In this document: positions 1-12,809 of the stretch, one piece after another | Layout of the letters: each line of letters begins with the position of its first letter | Position numbering within the stretch: position 1 is the stretch's first letter | DNA from: Balanoglossus misakiensis | Lineage: Eukaryota > Animalia > Hemichordata | Length of the DNA stretch: 64,000 bases | Direction: 5' to 3' | NCBI GenBank assembly: GCA_040954595.2 | Contig: CM082576.2 | Coordinates: 8,497,129-8,561,128 of the forward strand | The notes under the pieces: model-generated | Told to the model about the DNA's origin: nothing | What the model saw: only the letters and a program-made list of their open reading frames with translations | Database searches by the model: none | Program-made: the position numbers and the translations under genes

Positions 1-1463
1 GAGAAAAAGAATGGCCACACCTATAGTATGTCAATCACAAGAACGCGCAGAATTTTGTTTTCGCTTAACAAACACACAGAAGTCCCCAATAACTTGCAAT
101 GATCAGAAAGACGTTTTATTTATTTCTTCTTGTCTCGAGACACTCGCACTGTCTTCGTCTTGTGAGAGGGCGGGAATGCCTCAGCGGATATCATGTTCGA
201 AATGGAAGAAACATGAATATACTCCCGGCACAGTATTTTAATTTGATATCCCCCCCCCTAGTTTTGTCCACAGGAGAAGAGCGACTAGAAATTATGCCCG
301 CGCACAGCTTGTGTTTTTCTATTACCGTCAAATTTCCCCATTAATTCAATATTTTCCGATTTTAATTTTTTAAATCGGCCGCGGACGGGTAATTCAACAG
401 TGATTTATACGGTCACCGACTGGCTTGCTATCATTGCGACGAGGAAGCATTTTAATTACTGGCGTAATATCGAATAATCAGACAAGTGGGCGGATTATAC
501 GGCGGAGATGCATCTTCATTATTTTAGAGTCCGCTAGATGGTAATGAAATCGACAACCCGGAGCTGTGACGTCACCATCGACGCGCGCGCGCTTTTCTCC
601 ACTGCCACGATGCAAGCCGTCTTACAAGTCCCCCGAAAGCCCACCCTTGTAATTTTCAAGCGGCGACGAGTCCATTCTGCCGTAAATGTGTATAATTAGT
701 ACACAGATGAAAATCATACACGGGCCAGTGGAAAGTTCCTGCTGGAAATATCTCACCCCCATTCTCCTCGGTAATGTAATAATTCATCGCCTCTTTTTCG
801 CCTCCACGACGTTCCACTATCCCCTTCAAGCTCAGTCGTTTCCTGATACATCTCGGCGTGAACGTTTGTCTATCTTTTTTTGTGCGTGAAAAAAAAGCCA
901 ATTGGGTCCCTGAAAATCTCCAGAAAGATTACCATAATGTTTTGCGAAGGCTTGCCAACTTAACACCTGAGCACTGGCTCCGACTGTCAAAAGATTTCTG
1001 CCAACTCTTTTTTTTCTATTTCACGGTGTGTAAACAATTACGCTCGGAGTACTAAAATACTCTCCCTTTCACAAATTGAATTCGTTATGTGTGAAGGACA
1101 TGTGATAATCCCCAAAAGTCGCATCCCTCCCCTCAAATTTCATTTCTCCATTCTATTAATACTACCGCCATCGATTGATTGATTATTATAATTTCAAACA
1201 GAACGAAACCGCGACTAACGCAGGAATCTAAAGCCCACGCTCACCGGCGAGCGCGCGTTGAAATTGGAACATATACAAAGCTTCGGGAAGTGTCCATTCC
1301 CATTGGATGAAACATTTAGAATCTCATTCCTGGTCTCTGTCTTATGCTTGGAAACATTTGGGGTTACAGCATATTGTCCTTGACCTCAAAATCTCGAGCC
1401 CAGTCCTTTTCATTCTCGAAAATTATCGAGTTGCGTTTCCATCTATTTTTATGGGGGTAGTGG

Positions 1464-1765
<302 letters not shown>

Positions 1766-3911
1766 ATTGAACGAACGAACGAGCCACCTTCACCGGAGAG
1801 AGACCAAAGTCAAAACTACTACCATCTAACTTGAATCCATGTATTTCACAGAAAAAAAATTAGATTGATTTGTCAGTAAGTTTTTTTCAGGCTTGTTGAT
1901 TAATTCTGCGCCACAAATAATTCGTCTTGTCTTCAGCCCGACAACGGTCCTGATTTCGTTATTTCCTTTTTTACGACCTCGACGGGCATTGGATCATGTC
2001 TTCAAGTTTATTATCAATTGCATGGTTGTAGAGCCCTGAGCGACGACGTCGGGTTCGGTATAATTGGAAAAGTCGGCCGACGTGACACCTTTACTGGTGA
2101 TGATAAATAAGGGAAAGTAGTACGCGCAGATTTTCTCGGTTGCAGCTATGCAGTGTGCAATGCCCTGTATAGTTCAATGCCTGAATCGTCATCGCATGAT
2201 CATCCCGAGGATGAGCAGCGATAACGCGAAAGGGGGGGGGGGGGGGTTCCCTCGAATAACCGTGACGTCGACAGTTGTATTCAGTTGACTCGTGCTTAAA
2301 ATGTGACTGTATCAGTAGACATCGGGTAAAGTGAGTAAATAAATAAATGATGGCTGAGGAGTCTGTTTACTGAATTATTCACCAGAAGCAAGTCTTCATT
2401 AATGAGAAAATCGCGGGAGAAAAGACCGACGTGGGCGCGTTTTTAATTTCAAGGTGACGTGCAAGTCGTGCCGATCGATAGAGTTTTCAGGAAAAAAATC
2501 TCCGGATCACTTGTAGCATTCCGGCGATGCCTCAACCATTGTTTCATTTATAAAAAAAGAAATCTCGAGCGATTCATATGCAAATTTAATTGTCATTGGG
2601 CGATGGGCCTGAATATCGATTATTAAACCTTCCACCCCTCCCCTTATGTTTTTTTTCCATGGCGCATCTTTACAATTTCTTTTGTGATATGCAGCCGCGG
2701 GTGAACAAAAAAGCTGGCAACATCTTTCTTGCGAAGACACCTTCCAGAAGTTGCTGGCACTGAGAGATTATAGTGCCAGATTTGAGGTGTGTTTTGTTGT
2801 CATCTGAAGAGAGTCGTGTGACTATTTCCAAGGAAGCGTAACCTCTCTTAATTGTGTGTCGTTTTACTCTTCAAGCTCGCTATATAATGTAAAGTTATTT
2901 TCCTAATACTGCAATTGCTGCAGTGGCCTATTGGACTGTCGACTCAGCGAGGCAATTAAATCTGCTCGCTAAATCCCCTCCACTCCGTCGATGGCATTTC
3001 CAAAGCGACTTTTCAATTAATTCACAATTCTTGTCGCCATTCTATTATGCATAGGGTCATTCTCTGTGACTTTTTTTCTCCCAATACTTTGCCACGAAGG
3101 GATTAAAATGCGGCACAATGTAACTATCTATACGCTTTATCAAAATAGATTTCGGAGCCCGATTGTGGCGAGTTGTGTTGGGGGGAGGGGGTGTTTCCCC
3201 ATGCGAAAGCATGACTTGTTCGATTTTAAAACCCGCGTCACGTTTATCACGGTTATTGGGGAGAACTGCTTTAAAGTTGCTATTCCTCACAAACTTTATC
3301 AGTATAAAGGAAAGGTAAAACTATATATATAGACTCTTATCTGGACCGCAAAATGTCATAATTTTGCTCAGGGATGCGTATTTAGCCCACCTCGCGATCT
3401 GATTACTCGTTCATTACATTCTCGACAAAATAGGCATTCAAACCATGTCGACATCTATAATATTTTACCTTTTGTTTTTCTGCAAAACTTTTCTTAAAAT
3501 GTATATCATTTCCTAAATATCGACCCCGTCACTGAGACGAGTCACAAGTTCAAACCTGGCGTTGTTCACATTTTCTTTTTAAAATAACAAAACTCCCACA
3601 CATTTCCCAGGAGTCCCGCGGTCTTCCTGAAGTCCAGAGGAAAAAATGTTAAGGCAAAAAAGCTGCCGTGGTTTTAAAACTGATTGAAATAAAATGATTT
3701 GTGGCATCTGGCATTTTCTTGATTTGAAAAGAGAGCGGCACAGCGACATCAAAAGCTGTATTTTATTTCTCGAAGTACAATTATTAAATCCCTTCCATCT
3801 TGTACAGGTAGCGTATCATCGGAAATGCTGAATGCGGCCGTTTTCTTGCTATTAGGTAAATTGTTTACCGTTCGCGGCTGCAAAGCTTGACAATTCTAGT
3901 ATGTTGCTCAC

Positions 3912-4090
3912 CAGTAGCATTCGGAAATTTTCGAGCGAGTTTTGTATCTGTCGTGGCGGCATCTTTGTGAGTTACGACAAATCATCAATTTCCTCCACGG
4001 CCATTCGGTGCTCAAATCCACTACAATGCATATCTGACTTCAAACCGATTGGCGCCAACTTCTCGCCCCGTCATGATGCCGATTGGCTCG
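3912..4090 (-). promoter_or_regulatory. Candidate CCAAT-box promoter and short first exon
   Basis: Two NF-Y-type sites AGCCAATCGG and GCCAATCGG (ATTGG at 4082-4086 and 4048-4052 on +), followed on the minus strand by donor CTG|gtgagc (3906-3911). Confidence 0.4.
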
Positions 4091-4359
4091 CTGCGCATGC
4101 CCAAGAAGACTTCAAACGCTGCGACCCCCTCGTTAAAACGGAATGAAATCTAATAAATTTATAAACGAGAGAGCATAATGAAATTTTTTTGAAGAATTTC
4201 CAAGGACCTCAAAAGAAAATAAGTTTTGCCATTGTTATTGACGCCGTTCCTTGAACGGTTGACGCCGCGGTTGGCGGTAAATCTGTCAGGCGGCACTGTC
4301 GTGAGATCATGATACCGGAGTCTTCTTAATCACAACCTCGCCAACTTGAAAATCTAACT

Positions 4360-4447
4360 TCGTACGTCACTGCGCCTATAAAAAGAATGCGATTCACCCC
4401 CGAGTCGCTGCAAGTCTGACCCTGTGAAGAGAACCTATACGCGAGGT
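4360..4447 (+). promoter_or_regulatory. Candidate TATA promoter on the plus strand
   Basis: TACGTCA (CRE-like) at about 4363, TATAAAAA at 4377-4384, AG|GTATTT donor-like site at 4446. Confidence 0.3.
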
Positions 4448-6337
4448 ATTTAGCGACAACCGTAAAACGAGATGAACCGAGCGAGGTTAAATTTTTCATT
4501 TTCCAATAAAATTAAATTATCATTCATTGATTTATTGTGATCGGAAGGACTTTAGTAAATTAGCATGTGTTAATGGTGGGACTTTGGTAATATGGGCGAG
4601 TGTTTCACTCGAGTCGCGAAGTCTCCTTCAGTATACGAGGGGGGGGGTCATCACGTTGATAGACCTTGAGGGGGGTTAATCATCGGGTATTTGAAAACAT
4701 TTCTGTAATAGCCGTTGTTTTCCGTTCCAAGGGAGGAAATGAAAAAAAAAATACTAAAAAAGCAGAGAGTCTGTCAGGCGAATGGGCGATAATATGGGAG
4801 TCGGTAGGGGAGTCAATTATCTGAAGAGTTGGTATTAACGGCGGTCGTTATGGGCTCCGATTGCATATGGTCATGTAGTCAGGGAAAAAGAGAAGAAGAA
4901 AAAAACTCAAAGTAGTCTATTAACCAATAAGAGAATCAAATTATCATCTTTTCGCCGTGTAAGTCAACGATTTCGGCTTCCGGCAGTTGTACCCGAAGAG
5001 AAAAAAAAACCTTGCCTAATAATGCATCGTGCCTCGATCGTTTTAACGAAGAGAGGAAAGAGCTGCGTTTCGCTTCGCTCACTCCAAGGTACATTGAAAT
5101 ATTTTCTTTCTGGCAGAAAAGAGATTTACCGGGGGATTAAATCAGTGACCGTTCGGTATTTTTTTTTTCTATTTCCCCCGTTTTTTAATTCTATATATAC
5201 ACACTGACTCGGCGCTCTTCGTTATACGCAAAACCCCGTGCATGATTAGTTTTTATTTCCACGAGTATAATCAGGCGTTTCCAGTGTGAGGCCCATGAAA
5301 ACGATGTATTAATACCTTTCTCCTTGGATGAGTTTTGTTGTCAAAATTTTCATATTAACCGTGTATCCAATATTCCCCTTTAACCAAAGACGGTAACCAA
5401 TCGTTACACACTAGATGGCCCTCGGAGTCCCCCCCCCCCAGAAAAAATCTCTGTCCCACTCTATCTCTCTCCCTCTCCTTGCTGAACGCATATCCGCCGG
5501 AGTATGTAGCTTTCTTCTGCGTATGCGAGGGAGCATCTGGTTAATTTAAAAATTTAATTTCATAAGTAAGGGAAAAACTCAGGAGGTGGCGAGGGGATTA
5601 GGTAGTAATGATGGATTAGCGGCCGTTTTTCTCTCACACGCAGCACACATCATGTCTGTATACTCCGCCAAATGCAAGAACCTCGGATAATAAGCCCGTC
5701 AAAAGGGAAAGTGAATTTGTTAACCGTTATACACGCGACAGTAGCATGTTCTGGAGAGTATTTTTTTTCTTGATATTTTTTTTTCACTGACAGAGCGTCT
5801 CCAACGCTATAGGCACTTGCAAAGAAAATGTTGAGAGAAAACGTACACCCTCATCATCACCGCATTCTTTATTCCCCCAGAGAGACAGAGAGATTTCCCG
5901 GCAACTGTTTCTCTTGTCGCGTCGATGTCGGTACGCGGCGAACTTGTCACGACATTCCCGAGCTTTGAAAAATTGTCGAGCTAGAGTATTGTTTTTGGGA
6001 ATGGTATTTATACATAGCCGACAGTGAATTCACCGGCAAAATGTTGGCGGAGAAGCTCTACAAGAACACCTTGCGCCGGTCGACTCGAAAGAAACTCGAT
6101 CACTAATCACCGAGATGGGTGCATCAGTTCAACGAGAATCGTTTGAAGAATTCTGGATTTCTCATCTATTATTTACCCATCTACACTTCAGTTGTAATTG
6201 TGCTTTTAAAGTGGAATTCATACACATCGGATCACACTCACAGTTGTGCGTCCTTTTTGCCGGTAGATACTTTTATTAAAATACGTTTATTAAATCAATT
6301 ATGACTTTAAGTGTATATACATAGATATGATCTTTGC

Positions 6338-6380
6338 CTATGTATGTTTGTACGTACGTACGTACGTACGTATGTATGTG
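6338..6380. repeat. (TACG)n/(TATG)n microsatellite
   Basis: tgtacgtacgtacgtacgtacgtatgtatgtg. Confidence 0.85.
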
Positions 6381-6890
6381 TACATATATAGTATACCGCA
6401 ACGAAAACACGAGTATAATAAATATGCAATTGAAAAACAATATTTGGCCTGATTTTCCAGGAACTGTGATTTTATTAGAAAAGAAATCTGGTGTCAGGTT
6501 CTTGCCACGTCGTTGCTGTATCTTCTCCCAGAATAATCGAAAATAGAACCGTGTACAAGGATACACCCTCAGACTAACGAACAGGCCTTGTTCAATCTGT
6601 AATATTATATACGTTCTGCTGCAAAGCTGATTAGTACAATTGATATCGCTGGCAAATCTGTCAGTCGCACCAAACTCAGTGGTGGGGAAATATTGGAATT
6701 TATTTTTTCCCGCTGCTAGATTTCCAGATAACGTACACTTGAGTACTTTGGAGGGGTTCTTATTTTTCGATTAGGAGTCCCAACGTGAAAACCGTGACTG
6801 CGGCAGAGTCAGTTGCGATTTCCGCGGTGTATAAAAAAAGTTAGATTACAGTGGGTTTTTCTTGAAGTCTGTAATGTAATAGTTACTTAC

Positions 6891-7069
6891 ACCAGTGATA
6901 TTATCTCGTCCATGTAGGATAAAATAGCATTGCGGGGCTTCGCTGCTAGCAGTTTAACTCAGCTTAGTTCTGGGGGGATGGACTTAGCATGATCGGACTG
7001 ATGGCGCTGGGCTGAGTTATCGGGGCCGTGGGTCGCTTTGAAAAGAAGCAGTTGGCCCCCAAGTTGAGC
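6891..7069 (-). other. Candidate non-coding 5' exon of the next minus-strand gene
   Basis: Strong donor GGT|gtaagt (6885-6890); acceptor gacag at 7070-7072 with a U-rich tract upstream; no convincing ORF. Confidence 0.35.
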
Positions 7070-7354
7070 CTGTCCGCTCAAACGACACACACCATTGTCA
7101 AACCGACAGAGAAAAAAAGAAATTGACAAGGCGACTGTTTTCAAGGTTTTTGATAGATGTAAAAAAAATGAATTTGCCGGCAGCGGCGGATTAGCCTAAT
7201 GAATTCATTGGTTATTGAGAGAGATGATTCTTATCACAAAGGATGGTACGGAGATCGAAATCAGCAGCGCAGCGGCGATTAGGGACACGTCGATACGTGT
7301 TAAATTCGAGATTGCGCTTGGTATGTATCTTTCACTTCGCGTGTACTCTGGTAG

Positions 7355-7412
7355 TTGTTTGTTTGTTGGTATTGTTGCTGTTGTTGTTGTGGTGGTGGTA
7401 ATGGTGGTGGTG
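7355..7412. repeat. Degenerate (GTT)n/(GGT)n trinucleotide tract
   Basis: gttgttgctgttgttgttgtggtggtggtaatggtggtggtgg. Confidence 0.8.
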
Positions 7413-7674
7413 GAACTCAAGTTTCTATTGTTAACAGTAACCGTCAAGTGCACACCGAATTGACACGTTTGTGAGAGTCGTGCCATTCAGCTGAGTTACA
7501 GTTATACACAATGCAGCCTACACTAACTTTCAGTGCAAAGAAATAAAAATCACGTTAGGCATTAACCTAATTGTGTTGTGTAATTCAATAATGTAATGTC
7601 AGTGTAGGCGATCCTCAAACACGCACAGTAATTCCCTTATACAGAATCGGATAAAAATAGCGGAATGGGTAAAT

Positions 7675-7773
7675 GAGAGAGGGGGAGGGAGAGAGAGAGA
7701 GAGGGGGGAAGAGAGAGACAGGCAGAGGGCCCTAGGGAGAGGGGGAGACAGTGAGAGAAACGGAGACAGAGAG
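7675..7773. repeat. GA-rich polypurine tract
   Basis: About 100 nt of interrupted (GA)n/(GGA)n. Confidence 0.85.
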
Positions 7774-9448
7774 ACGCGATCCAACTTAACCACCCGAGAT
7801 CTTTAATTGAATCAACTGTGTGTTTTGGGGTTGCGTTTTCAACTCCTCGGGGAAAAATTTAAATCTGGTTCAGTATTTACAAAACAAACGAAACGGACAA
7901 TATAGCGGACGATCCGGCATTTGTCGTGCCATTGTTAGGTAGAATGCAACAGTTCTGAAAGAAGCGTATCCCATGTCCAAAGCAGATCAAAATCTCAGTC
8001 TCAGGATCAGTCGGGGACGGAGGGGGCGATTGCGGGAATTGCTTAATCAAGGCCTAAAGAACGACGGAATACTAGGTCAAAGGAGTGAAGGAAAATACAA
8101 CAATGACTAACAGAGAAGAAAAGGAAAATTGGGCTATTTCAAGAAGAACCATTTTGTTTTCGGGGGTGAACAATTGCCTCAGTTTCGGGTACATGAAAGG
8201 TCAGAGACCCCCCGAAGGGTCTCCTAAGAATGTCACGGTGGTTTACAACGTCAAGCCAAAAAGGCCAAGCGGTGAATGAAACATACGTACGGGGGGAGGG
8301 GGTGGGTTCAACCGACTTCAGGTGTCTATTTCGACCTATATAGTCAGTAATGACAGCCGAAACCTCAAAAGAACGATATTTTATATAAGTTTGACATTTC
8401 TTTACTACCTACAAAGTTACTGCCAACACGTTCGCATTCACCCGTCATTATTGCGGCCATTTTTCCTCATTACACCCAATCCCCGCAGCCATTACTTTCA
8501 TCACTTATTATCGCCATTGACGATGTGCGCACACCCCTTCCACGCTTGGCTTTTTTATCGCACTAATCATTTTACCATCATCCCCTGGTCGTCGCTCTCA
8601 TTGCCACATCCCCCCCCCCCATTTTCGCCACGTGTAAGTTGTCAGCCGTCTATGCCGTGTCTCTGACTGACTGACTGACTGTGTGTGTGTGTGTACACAC
8701 CGAGTTTGATTTCCGGAGATCGTAATCTGCTCTGACGAACAAGGTCTTAACACGGTGACAAATCCGCGCTAACCATTACTACAGATGCAACATCCCCTTT
8801 CTTCAATGTAAACTCCGTGTCTGTCCTGATTAGACCCGAGACGGAAGCAACGCTGCATGGCACTGGAAAATAAATTTAATAGAAAGGGATTTGTTCCACT
8901 TTTTTTCCAATTTACGAAAAAAAAATCGCCAATTTCTTAAAACCATTTACCACAGTGCGTCCAGATGACGGCGTCGAGTTTGCTTGTTGTGCGCGGACAA
9001 AACAAATGAAAAGGGGGCGAAATGGATTCTAAGTACGACAGTGATGTTACAAGGTTGCAGCGGACCGGTGAATGACTCGAACAAGCTCGAAACTTTGGTA
9101 TTTCCCGAAGTTGAACGAGATGAATCATTCAAGAAAGTTTGGTGCTGTTCTCTCTACCCATACAGACACACACAAAAGTACGGTTTTTCAAGAAGTTTTT
9201 TGGTTGCAGGCTTTGAACGAGCTGGATGGTTTATGTGCGGTAGAAAAAGATGGAAAACCACAAAAAAAACGAAGTATACGGTATGCTCAGTACAACTTGC
9301 ACGGTTAAAAAAACATCAACGAAAATCTAAATTGACTTTCCTAATGTTCACATATTCGAAGATATTGTCTGGTTCAGCAAGTGTTAATATAATATTCATT
9401 TGTCACTGTCATTCAAAGCCGGGGTCACGCCTGATTCTAAGGACTCAC

Positions 9449-9722
9449 AATTTATACCCAAATTAGAAATTAAGAAATTACTAAAGTGACTGCGGTTAAT
9501 TTGTGTTAAACGGTGGTCTTTTTATTCGTCCCGATTCGCGCATTCGCCACGTCCGTCAAATCCTATAGTATTACGGAACCCCCCCCCCCCCCCCCCCCCC
9601 CACTTTAATTTGAATGAAACGAAAATCGCCGTGGCACGAGAGACGGCGGTGGAGTCCCAAACGCCGGACTGGCGCTGCGAAACACCGACGCCAAGAAACT
9701 CATCGGACTGTGATATGCGACT
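9449..9722 (-). other. Candidate non-coding 5' exon of the next minus-strand gene (putatively Otx)
   Basis: Begins at TCAGTC (Inr-like, or a YAG acceptor after a pyrimidine tract) at 9719-9724 and ends at TT|gtgagt donor (9443-9448); CpG-rich. Confidence 0.35.
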
Positions 9723-10584
9723 GACAGGCAAAGAAAGTGAGAGTGGAGAAGGGGGGAGATAAGACGCTAAATAAAACGGGACCTTTTAATTCACTCCGAA
9801 ACCTCGCAGAAGAGGAAGAACGCGGCTATGCCGACAGAGGCTCCGGGAGATTCGCCTTTTGTGCCGTCGCCCTGGCAACCATTTGGCGTGGATGAAGGTG
9901 TGGAGGATGGGGATTATCTGTAATTTGTCATATTGGCGAAGCAGCAAGCAATGAGGTTGAGGTCAAGCATGCCAGCTTTGGTGGGGGGGGGGGTCAGACT
10001 GTAAGGAGCCATTCAGCTTGACGGCATCAGTGCATTAGATACTCAGAAACGCATTTAATGTCCAATTACTTGAAATGTAACGTATTGCTGGAATGCAGGC
10101 ACGCAACATAATCATCCGTTGGAGAAACGGGAAGAAGAAAAAGAAGAAAAAGATTCAAGATTTCTCTGCCGCCCCGCCAGCCCCGAGTCGCTTTAAAGCC
10201 CCTCCTTTTCACAACACACATATATTCTTTTATAATGTAATTTCTTTTCCCCAATTTCTGCAGTACTCGGTATTTTGGATGGAAAGTGAATTTAAGTTTC
10301 GCGGACCGTCAAGTCTATCCCGAGGGTGGGTATTACGGCGCGAACTCGTCGCTGTCTTCGAGATGAGCGGCACGGAGTCCAACCAAAAGGAAAGAAACAG
10401 AGAAACGTGTATATGGCTTATATTATTCATTCATAAATCGGTATCATTTTAACAAAGCGTTGAATATCTGGGGTCGGTTCTCTCCGACTAAACGTTTCGA
10501 ATTACACGTTTAGACGTCGCCGATGTAGAGTCCGATCCGTTAGCGATGTGAACATCTACACGAGCAGGTTTTATTTTTAATAAC

Positions 10585-10755
10585 GATATAATAAGATATG
10601 ATATTACATGATATGATATAATATGATATATGTAATGAGACGATATAGCATAATTATTATTATATAATTTACTTCGGACTCATAGTCCATCATAGTAACA
10701 GAAATACAGATATAATATAATATAATGCAATATAATATAAATTATAATCATAATA
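10585..10755. repeat. Degenerate AT-rich pentamer repeat (ATATA/ATATG)n
   Basis: gatataataagatatgatattacatgatatgatataatatgatata...atataatataatataat. Confidence 0.75.
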
Positions 10756-12516
10756 GCAGTCCTACACGTACGTCTTCAAATATAAATTTGTCGCATACGC
10801 GCACTCAAAGATAGTCGCCGTGTTTTAACATAACGTCAGATGGTAGCGTTTTGGGGTCTTCTGTCAAAGAGGACCCCAAAACGCTATCTCCTTTCAAAGA
10901 GGCCGAAAAGTCAAACATTTTTGTTCTTGGTCACTGCACGGGTGATGTCATTTGCTCTCCATTTGTGAGGGTGTCAATGGGATTTTGCATTCGTCATCAT
11001 CTTTTGCCATGGTACAAAATGACACCGTCTATTCATGTGCTAATCAGGGACCATCTTTTTTTGTTGTGGCAAAACACACATGCCATCAGCAGCCTCATTT
11101 GCTGCGTGGGAATTTCGTTGGGAAGACAATTAGATCCCGCCTGTTACTTCACGCCAAGCGATCTTAATAACAAACGACGTTAACTATTTCCAGTTTTTGT
11201 CTTGTCACCCCGCCCCCTTCCATTCTCCGCGTTGTCTTCTTCACAAATGGCGGGCGGACACTGCGCCAAACGGATGCCGTATATCGAAATGTGCCATGCT
11301 ACTACACAAAACCCCACAAAACAAGGCTACAAGACCAAAAAAAAGCGCATTGAAACTGAATCATAACTGAGGTAAAGAAATAAATAGTACAAAATGCAAA
11401 AGAAAACATGAAACGAGAGGTATCAGAAAATGTTACAGCGGACAGACATATATTAGTCGTGAAACCCTGTGATTTTTTTGTCTGTTTGCCCGACGTCCGT
11501 CCCTCCGTCCGTTCGTCACGCGCCCGTCCTTTCGTCAGACTAGCTTTCTTCTCCGCACCAACAAGACACAATGTAAGCATAAATGTTTTGCATAACATTG
11601 ACATCATTAACAATGAAACCACGGGTGAAGTGTGAAAATCGTCGCAATCACTGGAAGTTGATGAAGTCCGTCACGTTCTCAAACTCATCAATAATGATTC
11701 CAATTCGTCAAACCTTCTGCCAACCAAGCAGCCACTCGCAGGTAGCAACTGCGTCCCTTCTCGCATCACGTGGCCACGAGTCGAGAAACCCGAACGAAAA
11801 CGAAATTTAACCTCGGCGAATATGATACAGTACCACAGGTAACCCACATTTTGGCCCGTAAATCTCCCCGAGAATGGTAATAAACACGCCGCTAAAATTT
11901 CAACATATCGATAAATCAAGCTATTGGCCATCATCCCAGTGATATATGATCCGCGGTAATTTTTAATATGCAGATCTTCGCTAAACACCGGGCTAGTCTG
12001 TCGGAAAAGTATGTCTTGTTTAATTGATGACACCCCGGGACACTCTGTAGAAGCGAAATCCGGCTTCTTCGCCTGTCTTTGTTGTGTGTGTTTTACAGGA
12101 AGTAAACCATATATCTGATTTCAGAGAATCCGCAAAAACTGAAATTGAAACTTCTGCAACCTGGCATTTAAAAACAGAAATGCCACGTTTCTTAATGAAA
12201 ACTCTAGCGACACGAGCACATTGATAAAAGAAACTTTTGCAACGGGAATTGACGACCGATCACAGAAAGATATACTGCACATGAAAGTTTTACAAATCGT
12301 CAAAAGCCGAACTGTTTAGGACGGTATTCAAATGAAAGTTGTTTGTGAAGTCCAGTAAGAGGCGCGTGTCGGCTTGTTAGGTCGTTACAAAAAAAAATCC
12401 CGAACGAAATTAGGAAAAACGACAGATAAACTCATTAGTTTACTAAAACAAAGACAAATTCGATTTAACCTAAAATGAACAATGTGTCCAAAAGGTGGCA
12501 ATGACTTTTATCGAAT

Positions 12517-12540
12517 ATGATGATGATGATGATGATGATG
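12517..12540. repeat. (GAT)n microsatellite
   Basis: atgatgatgatgatgatgatgatg. Confidence 0.9.
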
Positions 12541-12809
12541 TCCATGTCCGGACAAATTTGGTGAATCACGGAATGTCACAGATGTATTGTCATCTACTGC
12601 CACAGTCGTAAAATCTAATCTTTCATAAACGCATGCAGTGACAGCTGTGTGAATGCGCTGCACTTGAAATATGTCCCTGATAGTGAAATATGGAACACGA
12701 AATAGTCCAATTATATGCGCGCTCTCATCTTCTTTGCACAAATGAAAGACAAGCCACCCCATACCGATTCTGACAATTCAAATATTCACTAAATTCGAGA
12801 ATGTCGTAT

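Noticed and set aside
3520-3570. B-box-like GTTCAAACC suggesting a tRNA or tRNA-derived SINE
   Set aside because: No A-box or cloverleaf; too short to support.
7205-7486. Overlapping poly-Val/poly-Thr ORFs
   Set aside because: Produced by the GTT/GGT trinucleotide tract.
12508-12762. ORF ending in poly-His
   Set aside because: The His run is the (GAT)n microsatellite read on the minus strand.
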